Positions 10,871 to 21,797 of a stretch of DNA of 64,000 nt are shown in pieces. The position numbers were made by a program, and so were the translations under genes. The notes below the pieces were generated by a model. That model saw nothing but the letters and a program-made list of their open reading frames with translations, ran no database searches and had not been told where the DNA came from. The first letter of the stretch is position 1; every line of letters starts with the position of its first letter. Source of the DNA: Okamejei kenojei (Eukaryota); assembly GCA_035221665.1 (NCBI GenBank), contig CM069162.1:9548001-9612000 (forward strand), given 5' to 3'.

Positions 10871-11819
10871 TTTATTTCATCGTGAGTACAGTTTCCTTGA
10901 AGCTGATGGTTCTCTGATACTTAGTCGATAATGCATAACAGCTAATGCAGCTGCATCCATGCATAACACTCAATGTTTACTGTTTCCAGAAGAACACCAA
11001 TTGAGGTAGGAAATCATTGTTTGCTGCTTAGCTACATTATCTTCACCCTTTGGTAACAAGAACACTCCAAGCACAAGTTCAACCTGCAGTGTCCATTTGG
11101 CTGTGTAGCTTTGGAACACGTTTGTGCTGCATTGTACGTTTGGTCACGGAACGATTGAGGATGCATTGCAAATGTCACTGTGAGAAATTAAAAACTAATG
11201 ACCAATGGAAAACATTATAACTAAAATGGTGGAAGCTGCCATGTGGAGTTGACTTTTGCTTTCATTTTGTGGTTTTTGTTTGTAAATTGTTAACACAAAA
11301 AATGATGCTTGTAAGTCAGGGGAGAAAAACATCATCATTGGAATTAAGCTATGGAAGAAACAGTAAGATTTGGATCTGGTATCTGACAATGGAAACGCGA
11401 GCTGTTGTGTGGAGTAGTGTGGATCGAAGTTGAAAGTCAACTCAGCTGCTATGATCATTGTTCACTTTCAGAAATTTCAAATTCAAGAGCTCTGGCAAAT
11501 AAATACTTGCTACAACTCTGTTTCCAATCCAGAACCTTAAACTACTGTTGCAAAAGGTTATGTAAAATCCATTGAAACCTACATACAATTGTCCTGGGAA
11601 ATTGCTTTATTCTGTACTTGTACAAGGTATTTTTGAGCCTCTATGGGCCCAAAGTCTTTTAATTTTGTCGGTAACCAGAGATATTTATCTGTAGCTCTAT
11701 CCTTTCCGATATGAATAGAATGAAAAAATGTGGGATGCTGGTAGAACTAAAAATATTATTAATCAGCAAAGCTGCATATGTTTTTTTTAATTGAAAATCC
11801 AATATTGCTGCTTTCTACT

Positions 11820-11977
11820 GCTGAGATGATAACAGTGTTTAAGAGGCTTTAAGATAGGCATCTGGATATGAAGGAATGGAGGGACATGGATCATGTGCAA
11901 GCAGATGAAATTAGTTTATCTTGGCATGTTCAGCACAGACATTGTGGGCCGAAGGGCCTGTTCCAGTGCAGGACTGT
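11820..11977 (+). mobile_element. CR1 3'-end fragment abutting the assembly gap
   Basis: TTTAAGAGGCTTTAAGATAGGCA..GGGCCGAAGGGCCTGTTCCAGTGC. Confidence 0.7.
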
Positions 11978-12162
11978 NNNNNNNNNNNNNNNNNNNNNNN
12001 NNNNNNNNNNNNNNNNNNNNNNNNNNNNNNNNNNNNNNNNNNNNNNNNNNNNNNNNNNNNNNNNNNNNNNNNNNNNNNNNNNNNNNNNNNNNNNNNNNNN
12101 NNNNNNNNNNNNNNNNNNNNNNNNNNNNNNNNNNNNNNNNNNNNNNNNNNNNNNNNNNNNNN
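11978..12162. other. Assembly gap (185 N)
   Basis: Run of n characters. Confidence 1.
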
Positions 12163-13199
12163 GTTTGCTTCATTTGTACTTGTAATAAATTTGATTATTT
12201 ATTTTTAAATATTGTTTGGAAGTAGATAAATGAGATTATATTTCAAGGAAAAGGGGTAGGATCTGCAAAGAGAAAATAAGGTCAATGGATAAGAATGCAT
12301 ACTTTGTTACAGCATGAAGCTAGAAACATTTTTCAAAAGATAATCTCTTGTGAAATTGTTGCAGATGTCAGTTTGACATGCGCAGTTGATAAGATAGTAG
12401 TTAAACTACCTAGATTGCTTCAATTTGTGTATAAATAATCAAATCAATTAAACAGTATGTACTGAAATTACATTCCAGAACTCAGAAATTTAAAACATTT
12501 AGTTGTATGGCACCTAGATAAATAATGGTAAATTTAAAGAAGGGTGGTGCAAGATTTATTCGGATGTTAGCTGATAGGAGATAAACTGCCAAGATTGATT
12601 CAATGTATGGATAATTCAAGTTTCATTGAATCTAATTTCCATGACACATGTGTAAAATCTTTGGTTTTATAAGGAAACCAAATTGTAGTAAGTTTAAGGA
12701 AACAATGAAACATTGTTTTAAAGTCATAATCTGATATCCTGTACATTGACAAACGTGTCTCATTCTCCTCTCCTCATTTTACAATGTAAGTTTTAATATG
12801 CTGCATTCTCACCAAACATTTTACCAAAACAAATAAAAAGTATTAATTACATTTGCTTTCAATCTGTTTTTGTGCCAACTGGCATATTTGTCATAATACC
12901 AATGCTTCAAAATGCATTCATTCTTGCATTCTGGTTGTTGCCAATAATGTGTCCCCCTGCCTATTCAACACCTAAAGCTAAGCTTTCAGTAAATTCACTT
13001 TAAGTGTTCATTATAAAATGAGTAAATGTTTTTACTGAAATCTGGCTACATCATTGTGTGAAAAGATTTAAGTCTTATAAAGTTCAATGTCTTATTGATG
13101 TAGAAACATAGGAGGAATATGCTCTTTGGACCTCTAAGCCTTCTGTGCCGTTCTGTAGAATGGTGACTGATCCTCCACCTCCGTGCCATATTCTACCTT

Positions 13200-13900
13200 T
13201 CAGGTGTCAAGAGTGCTTTGTTGTCATTTGTCCTGAAACTGAATAATGACATTCTTATTTGTAGCAGCACAACAGATATGTAAATATGTTACTCAATATA
13301 TATCATAATAAATAACAAAAATATGTTCAATAAATCAAAAATGTAATTCAAAAACAAAGACAAAGCCCAAAGTCTCGAGTGCAACCCAGGCTGTTTGTAG
13401 TTCGGAGTTAAGTTGGAGTTTATAGTGTTCAATATTCTGATGGTTGTTGGGAAGAAGCTGTTCATGAACTCTTACGTTAGTTTTCAGGCTCTGATGCCAC
13501 CTTCCTGATGGCAGGAATGAAATGAGGGCAAGGCCAGGGTGGTGTGGGTCCTTGATGATGCTGACTGATTTTCTTTGGGGCAGCTTCTCCTGCAGATCCC
13601 TTTGAGAGGCCAGTGCCTTTGATGGATGTGTAAGAAGGAACTGCAGATGCTGGTTTAAACTGAAGATAGACACAAAGCTGGAGTAACTCAGCGGTGCAGG
13701 AAGCATCTCTGGAGAGAAGGAATGTGCGACGTTTCGGGTCGAGACCCTTCTTCAATGCACCTGATGGACCAGGCAGTATCCGGCACTTTTTGTAGCCTCC
13801 TTTGTTCCTGGTGGTTCGAGTTGCTGAACAAGGTTGTGATGCAACAAGTCAATATACCCTCTTCTGTACACCTGTATAAGTTCACGGGAGCTTTCTCTAT
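13200..13900 (-). mobile_element. Rex/L2-type LINE 3' fragment with nested PLE insert (13627-13754)
   Basis: LYRCTEEGILTCCITTLFSN..RRLQKV and SIIKDPHHPGLALISFLPSGR. The nested PLE piece carries TTGAAGAAGGGTCTCGACCCGAAACGTC on the minus strand. Confidence 0.75.
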
Positions 13901-14254
13901 AAATGTCCCCATCGCGGCAATTCTGTTTGCGGACATGAATTTTGTTTTGATGCTCAGTTTTGATTGGTGTTACCAATTGTTAAATGAGTTAATATATATT
14001 TTATGGATTTAATGGAAAAAAAAGAGAGCATAAGAAACTGATTTTTCAGTCTTGGATCTGATTGCTCAAACAAAGATTTAAGCATTAGCCTTGCCTACTA
14101 GCTAATGTAGAAACCCTTCTTCTAAAATAGAATATGTCTTCACTCTATCTTCACCTTTTATCTTCTATTGATTTTTTTTCATGCTGCTATTGGTATCTCG
14201 TTCAAGTGAACATTTACAGGCATGTAGTGTCGTGTACTTTTTTTCCTTTTTGGA

Positions 14255-14690
14255 AGTTAGAGTGCAGAGTAGATTTATGAGGATGTTGCCAGGACATGAG
14301 GGCATGAGGGCCTGAGCTATAGGGAGAGGTTGGGCAGGCTAGGACTGCAGTAGGATGAGGATGAGGGGAATAGATAGGGTGAATTAACAGTTTTTTAACC
14401 CAGAATAGGGAAATCAAGAACCAGGGGACATAGGTTTAAGGTGCTGGAGAAAAATTTAGTAGAAATCAACTTTTTCACATAGGAGATTATGGGTATATGG
14501 AATGAGCTACCAGAGGATGTACTTGAGCCAGGTATTACAACATTTAAGAGTATTTGGACAGGTATATTAATAGAAAAGGTTTAAAGCGATATGGTCCAAG
14601 CACTGGCTGATGGGATTAGTAGAGTTGGGGCATCTTGGTCGGAATGAGCAAGTTGGGCCGAAGAGCCAGTTTCTGCGCTATATGACTACG
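14255..14690 (+). mobile_element. CR1 3'-end fragment
   Basis: GATTTATGAGGATGTTGCCAGGAC..CAAGAACCAGGGGACATAGGTTTAAGGTG..GGGCCGAAGAGCC. Confidence 0.8.
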
Positions 14691-14804
14691 ATTTTGTAAT
14701 TAAAAAAAAAAAATCAAAATCAGGATAGATATAAAAGCTATACCTAATTCTTGTGTACCCCTATATATTTTTATGCATTATATTCATAAATGTTTATATT
14801 TTAG

Positions 14805-14842
14805 GCACGCTAACCTCAGACCACCAAGAGGTGTAAAGAAAT
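14805..14842 (+). CDS. Candidate 38-nt exon of an unidentified gene
   Basis: Acceptor TTTATATTTTAG and donor GTATGT around a GC-richer island in AT-rich DNA. Open frame HANLRPPRGVKK, or TLTSDHQEV* in another frame. No homology recognised. Confidence 0.45.
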
Positions 14843-15820
14843 GTATGTAAATGTATTTATTAACTATAAATAAGTGGTGTGTGGCCCGCAAGTTTGTTAA
14901 TCACCTTACTTTGCAAAAGGCTGACACCTTCCCATAATTTGAATTAACTGTTTGGAATTCAAGGAAGTTCTGTAAAGGCTATTTTCCTCCCGGTCTGAAA
15001 AATACAATTGCTCTTTTTTATACACGAGACCTTTGCGGGGAAATAACATTCTCAGCAGGAGTGCCACCAAGTTCAGGATTCTTTGGTTATTTTCCCATTT
15101 CACTCTGACGCGGGTCACTGTTGCGGGGGCATTTGCCTGCTGAACTTTCAGTAGGTCTAGTCTAACACAGTAGCAGCAAGTCCAGTTCTTTGAAAAGAGA
15201 GAAATGGTTGCAAGATTCAAGAAATGCAAGGCAGTTTAGATTTTGTAATTAATTTGCCTGATGTTTTAGGTATTTTAATTCTTCATTTTTTGAATGTTTA
15301 CTTGTTTTTTCATTGTCTATGCATGTTTTCAAATGTCAGGAACATTCAGAAGCATTTTAAATGCTTGACACTTTTGAGAGCAAAGCCTGGGGCTGTGGCT
15401 CGGGTGGCTCTAAAAGCTTATTTTCAGGTATTTCACAGTAATGCTTGTACTAGTGCTCCCAGGCGATAATGTCATTTTGGATTGTGGCAGTTTTGAAATG
15501 GAGGTATCAGAGAAGAAAGGTAAATTTGTTGGTGCGTTTGTTAATGCCTCATTGTTGGCAGCAAATTCTAGCCTACAATGTTTAAGCGCTGATTTAAAAT
15601 AATATGTCAGCAGCAATGAATAATTCAGATACGATGAAGGATAAAGGGAAATGACAACCGAATAGCAATCTTGTGAGTAAATCTCAGTCTGTGAACCTAA
15701 ATGGACAACCTCTTCTCCCTTATTTTGTATAGGGAAACAGAAGTCATTGTCTTTAAGACTGCCACAAATCTTATTTGCTTTATACTAACACTATCCCCTT
15801 GCCTGATTGCACCTTTTCAG

Positions 15821-15989
15821 ACACTTCAAGGATGGATTGAATCCCCATGGGTTTTTGCCGATTTCTCCAACGTCGCATCCTTCACAATACAACCAACCTT
15901 TTCCCTGTCGTCATTTGCCAACTGTCTCCATCTCTGATGTTGTTCAAGTAGCGCTGAAACCATTATCTTTTCAAGTCAAATTAAATTGA
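15821..15989 (+). CDS. Candidate alternative exon with consensus branch point
   Basis: TACTAAC at 15783-15789, pyrimidine tract and CCTTTTCAG acceptor. Frame HFKDGLNPHGFLPISPTSHPSQYNQPFPCRHLP is open to 15989. The 3' boundary is uncertain. Confidence 0.3.
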
Positions 15990-16660
15990 GTTTATTGCCA
16001 TAAAGTACGGTCAGGTTCAGATACAATGAAGATTTTGCAGCAGCATCACAAGTACATAGACTCAGATGACGCACAAAAACCTGAATTACATAAGTTATGC
16101 ATAAATCACACACATTCTACAAGCTGGTGAAAAGAAAAGTACTGGAAGGAAGAGACATTATTGCAAAACAGATTTGGAAAAAAGACCCCATTAATGCAAG
16201 AGGTGGTCTGTAGTATTCTGTTGCTAAGGTAGGATTAGGATTCTGCAGGTTGATTCAAGATCCTGATGGTTGAAGGAAAGTAGCAGTTCCTGAATCTGGT
16301 GGCACAGGACATTGGGCTTCTGTACCACCTGCCAATGGTAGAAGTAAGAAGAGGGCATGGATCGTTGATGATAGATGCCGTTATGAGGCAGTTCCCTATA
16401 AAGATGCTTTTGATGGTGGGCAGGACTGTGCTTGTGATGGACTGGGCTGAGTCCACCACTTGTGTTCCTGTGCATTGGAATGCATACCAGGGCATGGTGC
16501 AACCGATTAGGATACTTTCTACAATGCATCTGTAGAGGTTGGGTAGAATACTCTGAATCTTTTTAAATTCTAAGAAATTAGAGACATTGGTACACCTTTG
16601 TGATTACATCTATATGCTGGATCTAGGACAGGTCATCTGAGATATAAATGGAATTGAGGG
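15975..16660 (-). mobile_element. Rex/L2-type LINE 3' fragment
   Basis: VVDSAQSITSTVLPTIKSIF..ASIINDP..GRWYRS..TRFRNCYFPSTIRILN. Confidence 0.75.
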
Positions 16661-16704
16661 TGGTAGCTCTTTGGGCTGCAAACGCTACATAGAAAACTAA
16701 CAAC

Positions 16705-17005
16705 AAGGAACTGCAGATGCTGGCTATCAAAGAAAGAAATAAAACGCTGGAGTAATTCAGTGGGTCAGGCAGCATCCCTGGAAATCATGGTGTAGATTGT
16801 ATGTTGTAGTCGATCATTTGCAAACACATGGAAAGGTGATGTTTCAGGTCAGGACCCTCTTCAGCTTACTTTCCTGTTCTCCCCCCCCCCCCCCCCCCCC
16901 CCACCCACGTCTGAAGAAGGGCCCCGACGCGAGACGTTACCTATCCATGTTATCCAGAGATGCTGCGTGACCTGCTTAGTTATTCCAACATTTTGTGTCT
17001 ATCCT
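16705..17005. mobile_element. PLE-derived palindromic insert with poly-C spacer and two opposed degenerate hammerhead motifs
   Basis: AAGGAACTGCAGATGCTGG.. arm. CTGAAGAGGGTCCTGACCTGAAACATC on the minus strand and CTGAAGAAGGGCCCCGACGCGAGACGTTA on the plus strand. Confidence 0.8.
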
Positions 17006-18541
17006 TAAATAAAACTAGCATGTGGTATCCCCTTCTTTGAATTCTGTCCCCCTCTTTGAAGTTGACGATTATTTGTTTGGTTTTGTTGACTTAGAGTGAG
17101 AAATTGTTGTGTGACACCCCCCTGTAATAATTTAGGCTGGAACAATGTCACTTCCAGTCTGAATTATTACAGTCTGCTTTCCATTCCAAATACACAATGA
17201 ACTCAACTCATCCAAAGCTATAGCCACCAAAATTATGTCCCACGTCGTTGCAGCATTTTTGTTGCTAATCCAAGTCCTCCAAAGTTTGCAATTTTAAATT
17301 TGCAATTGCTGTTTTTGAACCCTTCATTCTCTTTCATTTTATAATCCCCTTTTCCTCTGTCCCTCCATTCCTCCTCTCCTAACCTGCCTTCAAAATTCTT
17401 CTTGCAGCACTGGCTTTTTGTGTGTTGACTCATGATTTGGTGAATCTGCTGTCAATGCAGGACCCACATGGATCCTTAATTTCCTCTGCCTCAGAGATTT
17501 AAGATGCTGTATCCCATGAAAGATTTTTTGATCTATAAATTGCAATAACGCAAAATGTCATGGATATAAATTAGCTATACAAAAAAATTGGAAATTTGAA
17601 ATTAAAGTAGAAAATACTGTAAGTCAGGAGGTCTGGCATCACAGTTAATCTGTTTGTCCACGTGAAATAAAGCTTGTATAAAATGAACGCAATTTTGAGA
17701 AACTTATGGTCTAGGTTGCAACAAAAATTGGTGAGAGAGAGGGACTAATTGCAAAGTAACAAATATATCTGTTACTGAGGGGTCTCTGCTACTGAGAAGG
17801 TAATGGATGGAGGACAAAAATGTTGGCTGAGTATTCTACAAATGTGAGCCTCTATGGTTCTATATTGCTCCTAGAAGCTAATTTGTTAGCCTCTCCAGGG
17901 CTCTCACTTAACTTTTTTTCCCTGTTGACAGCCGAGCAACCTAAGCAGCTTTTTAAGTTGCCAAATGACAGTTTAGGTGGTCATTTAAGACGGCTTGCAT
18001 GACGCGTGCAATAATGTGGTCAGACGAAGTGCGTAGTTACGTCGGAATTATGCTCAATGTAGCATTCACATATTATTTCTGCTTCAAATAAAGTCACAAA
18101 CTAAACATATTCACCAATCAAAACATGATATATACCACAATGACATGCAGCAAAATTATAATACAGTATCTCAACTCTTTTTACACATTGCAATTAATGC
18201 AATTTCTATTTCTTTCCACTGTCAAACAAAAATTGGTTGGATTATTCAGCGTATGATCAACCTGTGTTAATAAATCCTGGATCATGGTAACCATGCACAC
18301 TACAGATTGCTTAACCATGCACACTACAGATTGATGCAAGCATGTTTTCTGTGAAGAACGAAAAATTATCATGACATGGCCATAGCATGGGTTGTTATTG
18401 CTATTGGTACGGAAACACTCTCCCTTCCCACATAATTTATCCACAACAAAATATACAGTTTGCAAGGAATTTTCTCAAGGCATTTTATGATAATAGCTGT
18501 GAAAACCGACTACCCATCTGACAGGTTAAACATTACACTTA

Positions 18542-19199
18542 CAGAGATGCCAAGTGTCCCAGATTCGCCGTATTTTGTCCCGGCGAAATAACCTTTTTAC
18601 GGTGTTCCGGCAGCCAAACATGCTGTTACGGAACACCGCCGCGCCGGTGTTCCTCCCGTGGTGAACGCCGGCGCCATGTGCCCCCGGTTTGCCGGCCTGC
18701 GCGATCAGCGGCACTTTGCCGGGCCCTAGTGTCCGCGCCTGCGCAGTTGGGGAGGGTTGCCGGGCCCCAGTGGCCGCGCGTGCGCAGTGGGGGAGGGGGT
18801 GCCGGGCCCCAGTGGCCGTGCGTGCGCAGTGGGGGAGGGTTGCCGGGCCTGGCGCCATATCGAGCCACGCCACGCCCGGCCCAGAGCCCGGGTGGCGCCG
18901 GCCCGCGCGATCAGCGGCACTTTCTTGCCGCCAGCCGGCCGCTCGCGGCAGCCCCATCACCGGGCCTCCCCCCCACCCCCACCCAGTGCGCAGGCGCAGA
19001 CCCGCCGGCAACCTTGCCAAGTGCGCATGTGCCGCACCCGCCCGCCGGCAGCCCGCTGATCTGCACCAGTGCGCAGGCGCATAGCCGCCGGCAACAACCC
19101 CAAGTGAGTATGTTACGGAGAGAAATGCATTTAACCCCATTTGTTACGGACAAATGGGTTGAATGTTACTGTGAACTAAATTTAGGGTTGGCATCTCTG
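18542..19199. mobile_element. GC-rich non-autonomous DNA transposon (hAT-like MITE)
   Basis: 12-bp TIR CAGAGATGCCAA / TTGGCATCTCTG, flanked by CACTTA on both sides (18536-18541, 19200-19205). Subterminal TGTTACGGA repeats and internal ~39-bp GC repeats. Confidence 0.85.
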
Positions 19200-19909
19200 C
19201 ACTTACTGACAAGAGATGGTCAAAGGACATAACTGCAGCAAATGTTCTTTTGGTAATATGTTTAAAGGTGTCAAAACGCCACATTACCGGACATTCCGGT
19301 TAGGTGTATGTGCTGTGAACAGCAATGAAGATACCCAGTTTGTACGCACCAGATTAAAAAAAAATTATTGATAAATGCTGTTTCCATCATTCCCACTTCA
19401 GAATTAACGTTAAAATTTCAACTGAAATATCTCCTGACGAAATTTGTGATGTATATGACCGACTGTAGAAGTAAAACCTGGATAAATCCAACGTATAGTT
19501 GTGAATGTTGCTCAATAAATAACAGCACTGTTACTCCATATTAAGAGCATTAACTTGCCGTTAAAATTAATTCTGTAATAACGTGTCAACGGTAGCAGTG
19601 ACAATCCAACATTTCACGAGTTAACAATTTAATTAATCCATCTTTATGGATTAAAACAAATAATAACATTGTGAATTAAAACATATTTGATTGCATTCCA
19701 TTATCAAACATAGTCAATGTTCCCTCTGAAGACATTTCCAGCACAATAGGGTCGGGGGTGGGATGGTGTGAATCAGTGCGGGGTAGATAGGTGGGGGGTG
19801 GGGTTGAGAAGGTAATCGTTGCGGAATGGGTGGATTGAGGCAGCGGAATTAGTGCGTGTTGGTTGGAGTAGGTTAAATTGTGAGGGAAGAGCGCGGGGGA
19901 TGTCAGAGG

Positions 19910-21020
19910 AGTTGAATTGGGGGATCAGTACGGGATGGATGGCGGGGATCTGTGCAGGATGGATGGGGGGGGGATCAGTACAGAATGAATGGGGGGGGGG
20001 GGAACCAGTACAGGATGAATGGGGGTAGACAAATGCTGGAGAAACTCATTGGTTGAGGCAGTATATATGGAGCGAAGGATATAGGCAATGTTTTGGGTCG
20101 AGACCCTTCTTCAGACTGATCCCCCCCCCCCCCTCCATTCAAGAAGAATCAGTACAGGTTGGATGGGGCAGGTGGATCAGTGCAAGATGAATGGGTGGAT
20201 CTGACCCCCCCTCTCCCCCCCCCCCCCCCCATTCAGTACTGTGTGGATTGAATGCTACAGGATGAATGGGGGGAATGCTACAGGATGAAAGGGGGAGAAT
20301 CGCTACAGGATGATTGGGGGTGATCGCTAGAGGATGAATGGGGGGGGTTCGCTACAGGATGGATGGGGTGGATCGCTACAGGATGAATAGGCGGATCGCT
20401 ACAGGATGAATTGGGGGATCAGTGCAGGATGAATGGGGGGTCAGTACAGGGTGAATGGGGGAGATCAGTAAAAGATGAATGGGGGTGATCACTACAGGAC
20501 GGATGGGGGGGATCAGTACAGGATGAATGAGGGGATCAGTACAGGATGAATGGGGGGGATTTCAGTACAGGATGAATGGGGGGTAGTCAGTACAGGATGA
20601 ATGGAGGGGATCAGTAAAAGATGAATGGGAAGATCGCTACAGGATGGAGGGGGGATCAGTAAAGGATGAATAAGGGGAATCAGTAAAAGATGAATGGGGA
20701 GATCACTACAGGATGGATGGGGGAGATCGGTGCAGGGTAAATAGAGGGTGGGACAGTATGGGAGGAATGGGGGGGGATCAGTACAGGATGGATGGAGGAG
20801 AAGTGCAGGATGATTTGGGGGACCGGTGTAGGATGGATGGGGAGTGGCAGGAGAATCAATGCGAGGTGGATAGGGAGATCATTGCAGGATTAATAGATTG
20901 GGGGGGGGGTAGGTGAGGAGGGGAGCACAGGGGATGTCAGTGAGGACTGAATAGAGGCGGGAATGGGGATCAGTGCGGGATGGAGAGGAGGGGTCTCAGG
21001 GTAACGGGGGGGGGGGGGGG
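19910..21020 (+). repeat. G-rich minisatellite, ~21-bp unit GGGGGATCAGTACAGGATGAAT
   Basis: Tandem degenerate copies, most regular at about 20250-20840. Interrupted by a PLE fragment at about 20023-20118. Confidence 0.9.
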
Positions 21021-21797
21021 GAGGAAGAGAGCGAGAGCGCACATAGGACACGGATGGAATCACCGCCCCGTTGCCTTGGCCGTCCCTGTCTGTCTGCTAG
21101 CAAAATTTCCCACGGCATCTTGCATCATTAGAAAGCAAAACTTGATATTCAACAGCTTAAGCAATACATTAAAAGATTTACGCAAGCACGTATTTCATGT
21201 CATGTTTTTCCATTAGAAATCCCTATGCTCATATTTAATATTTAATAGAAACTGGTTGTGTAAGCTTGCAAAAGATGTTTTGTGCACCACCAATGTTGGG
21301 AAGGTTTTATTTCAGCACAACATTTTTGCTCAGATTTCCCATTATAAATTTAAGATGAAACTGTAGTAATGACAATCAATGACTTTCAAATGGAAATTGA
21401 ATTATCTATACTTAATGACCCAAATATTGCCTTCTGGTATATCTTCTACCTCATTTGGTCTTGACCCCCTGTATCTAATAGCAATATATAAAAATTCTGC
21501 ATTTTTCTGTTAATTTTTCCATTGCATATTCATTTGTGTCATATTGATAACTGTATTCGACCCGAGTTGGTACTTAACACTTTAGTTTTAACACTTTAGC
21601 TTTTCCTTGCGTACTAGGCAGATAGTGCACAGAAGTTCTGGTGTTCCAATTAACTTTCGCTTCTTCTTGTTGCCATAAATTCTGCTGTTTAATTATAGCT
21701 AATAATGTATACTCAAGGCATTATGACACAATAAGAATATTTAAAAATAGGAACTGAATTACCTTTTGCCTTTACTTCTTGTTTCAATTATTCTCAG

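Larger units (their letters stand above)
17896..21090. mobile_element. Possible composite DNA-transposon remnant hosting a nested MITE and a minisatellite
   Basis: Starts CAGGGCTCTCACTTAACTTTTTT (hAT-like terminus) with CpG-containing subterminal sequence. The right end and TSD were not found. Confidence 0.35.

Noticed and set aside
11246-11443. 11-bp inverted repeat GAGTTGACTTT / AAAGTCAACTC
   Set aside because: Short, with no TSD or extended stem. Compatible with chance.
11868-12225. ORFs spanning X runs
   Set aside because: Artefact of the N gap.
14906-15229. 107-aa minus-strand ORF with possible splice sites
   Set aside because: No recognisable homology, and it is opposite to the candidate + strand exons.
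18526-19232. Cluster of overlapping 64-204 aa ORFs on both strands
   Set aside because: They arise from stop-poor GC-rich repeats inside a MITE. The peptides are low-complexity with no domain.
20250-20840. CRISPR-like regular repeats
   Set aside because: No unique spacers and a eukaryotic context. This is a minisatellite.
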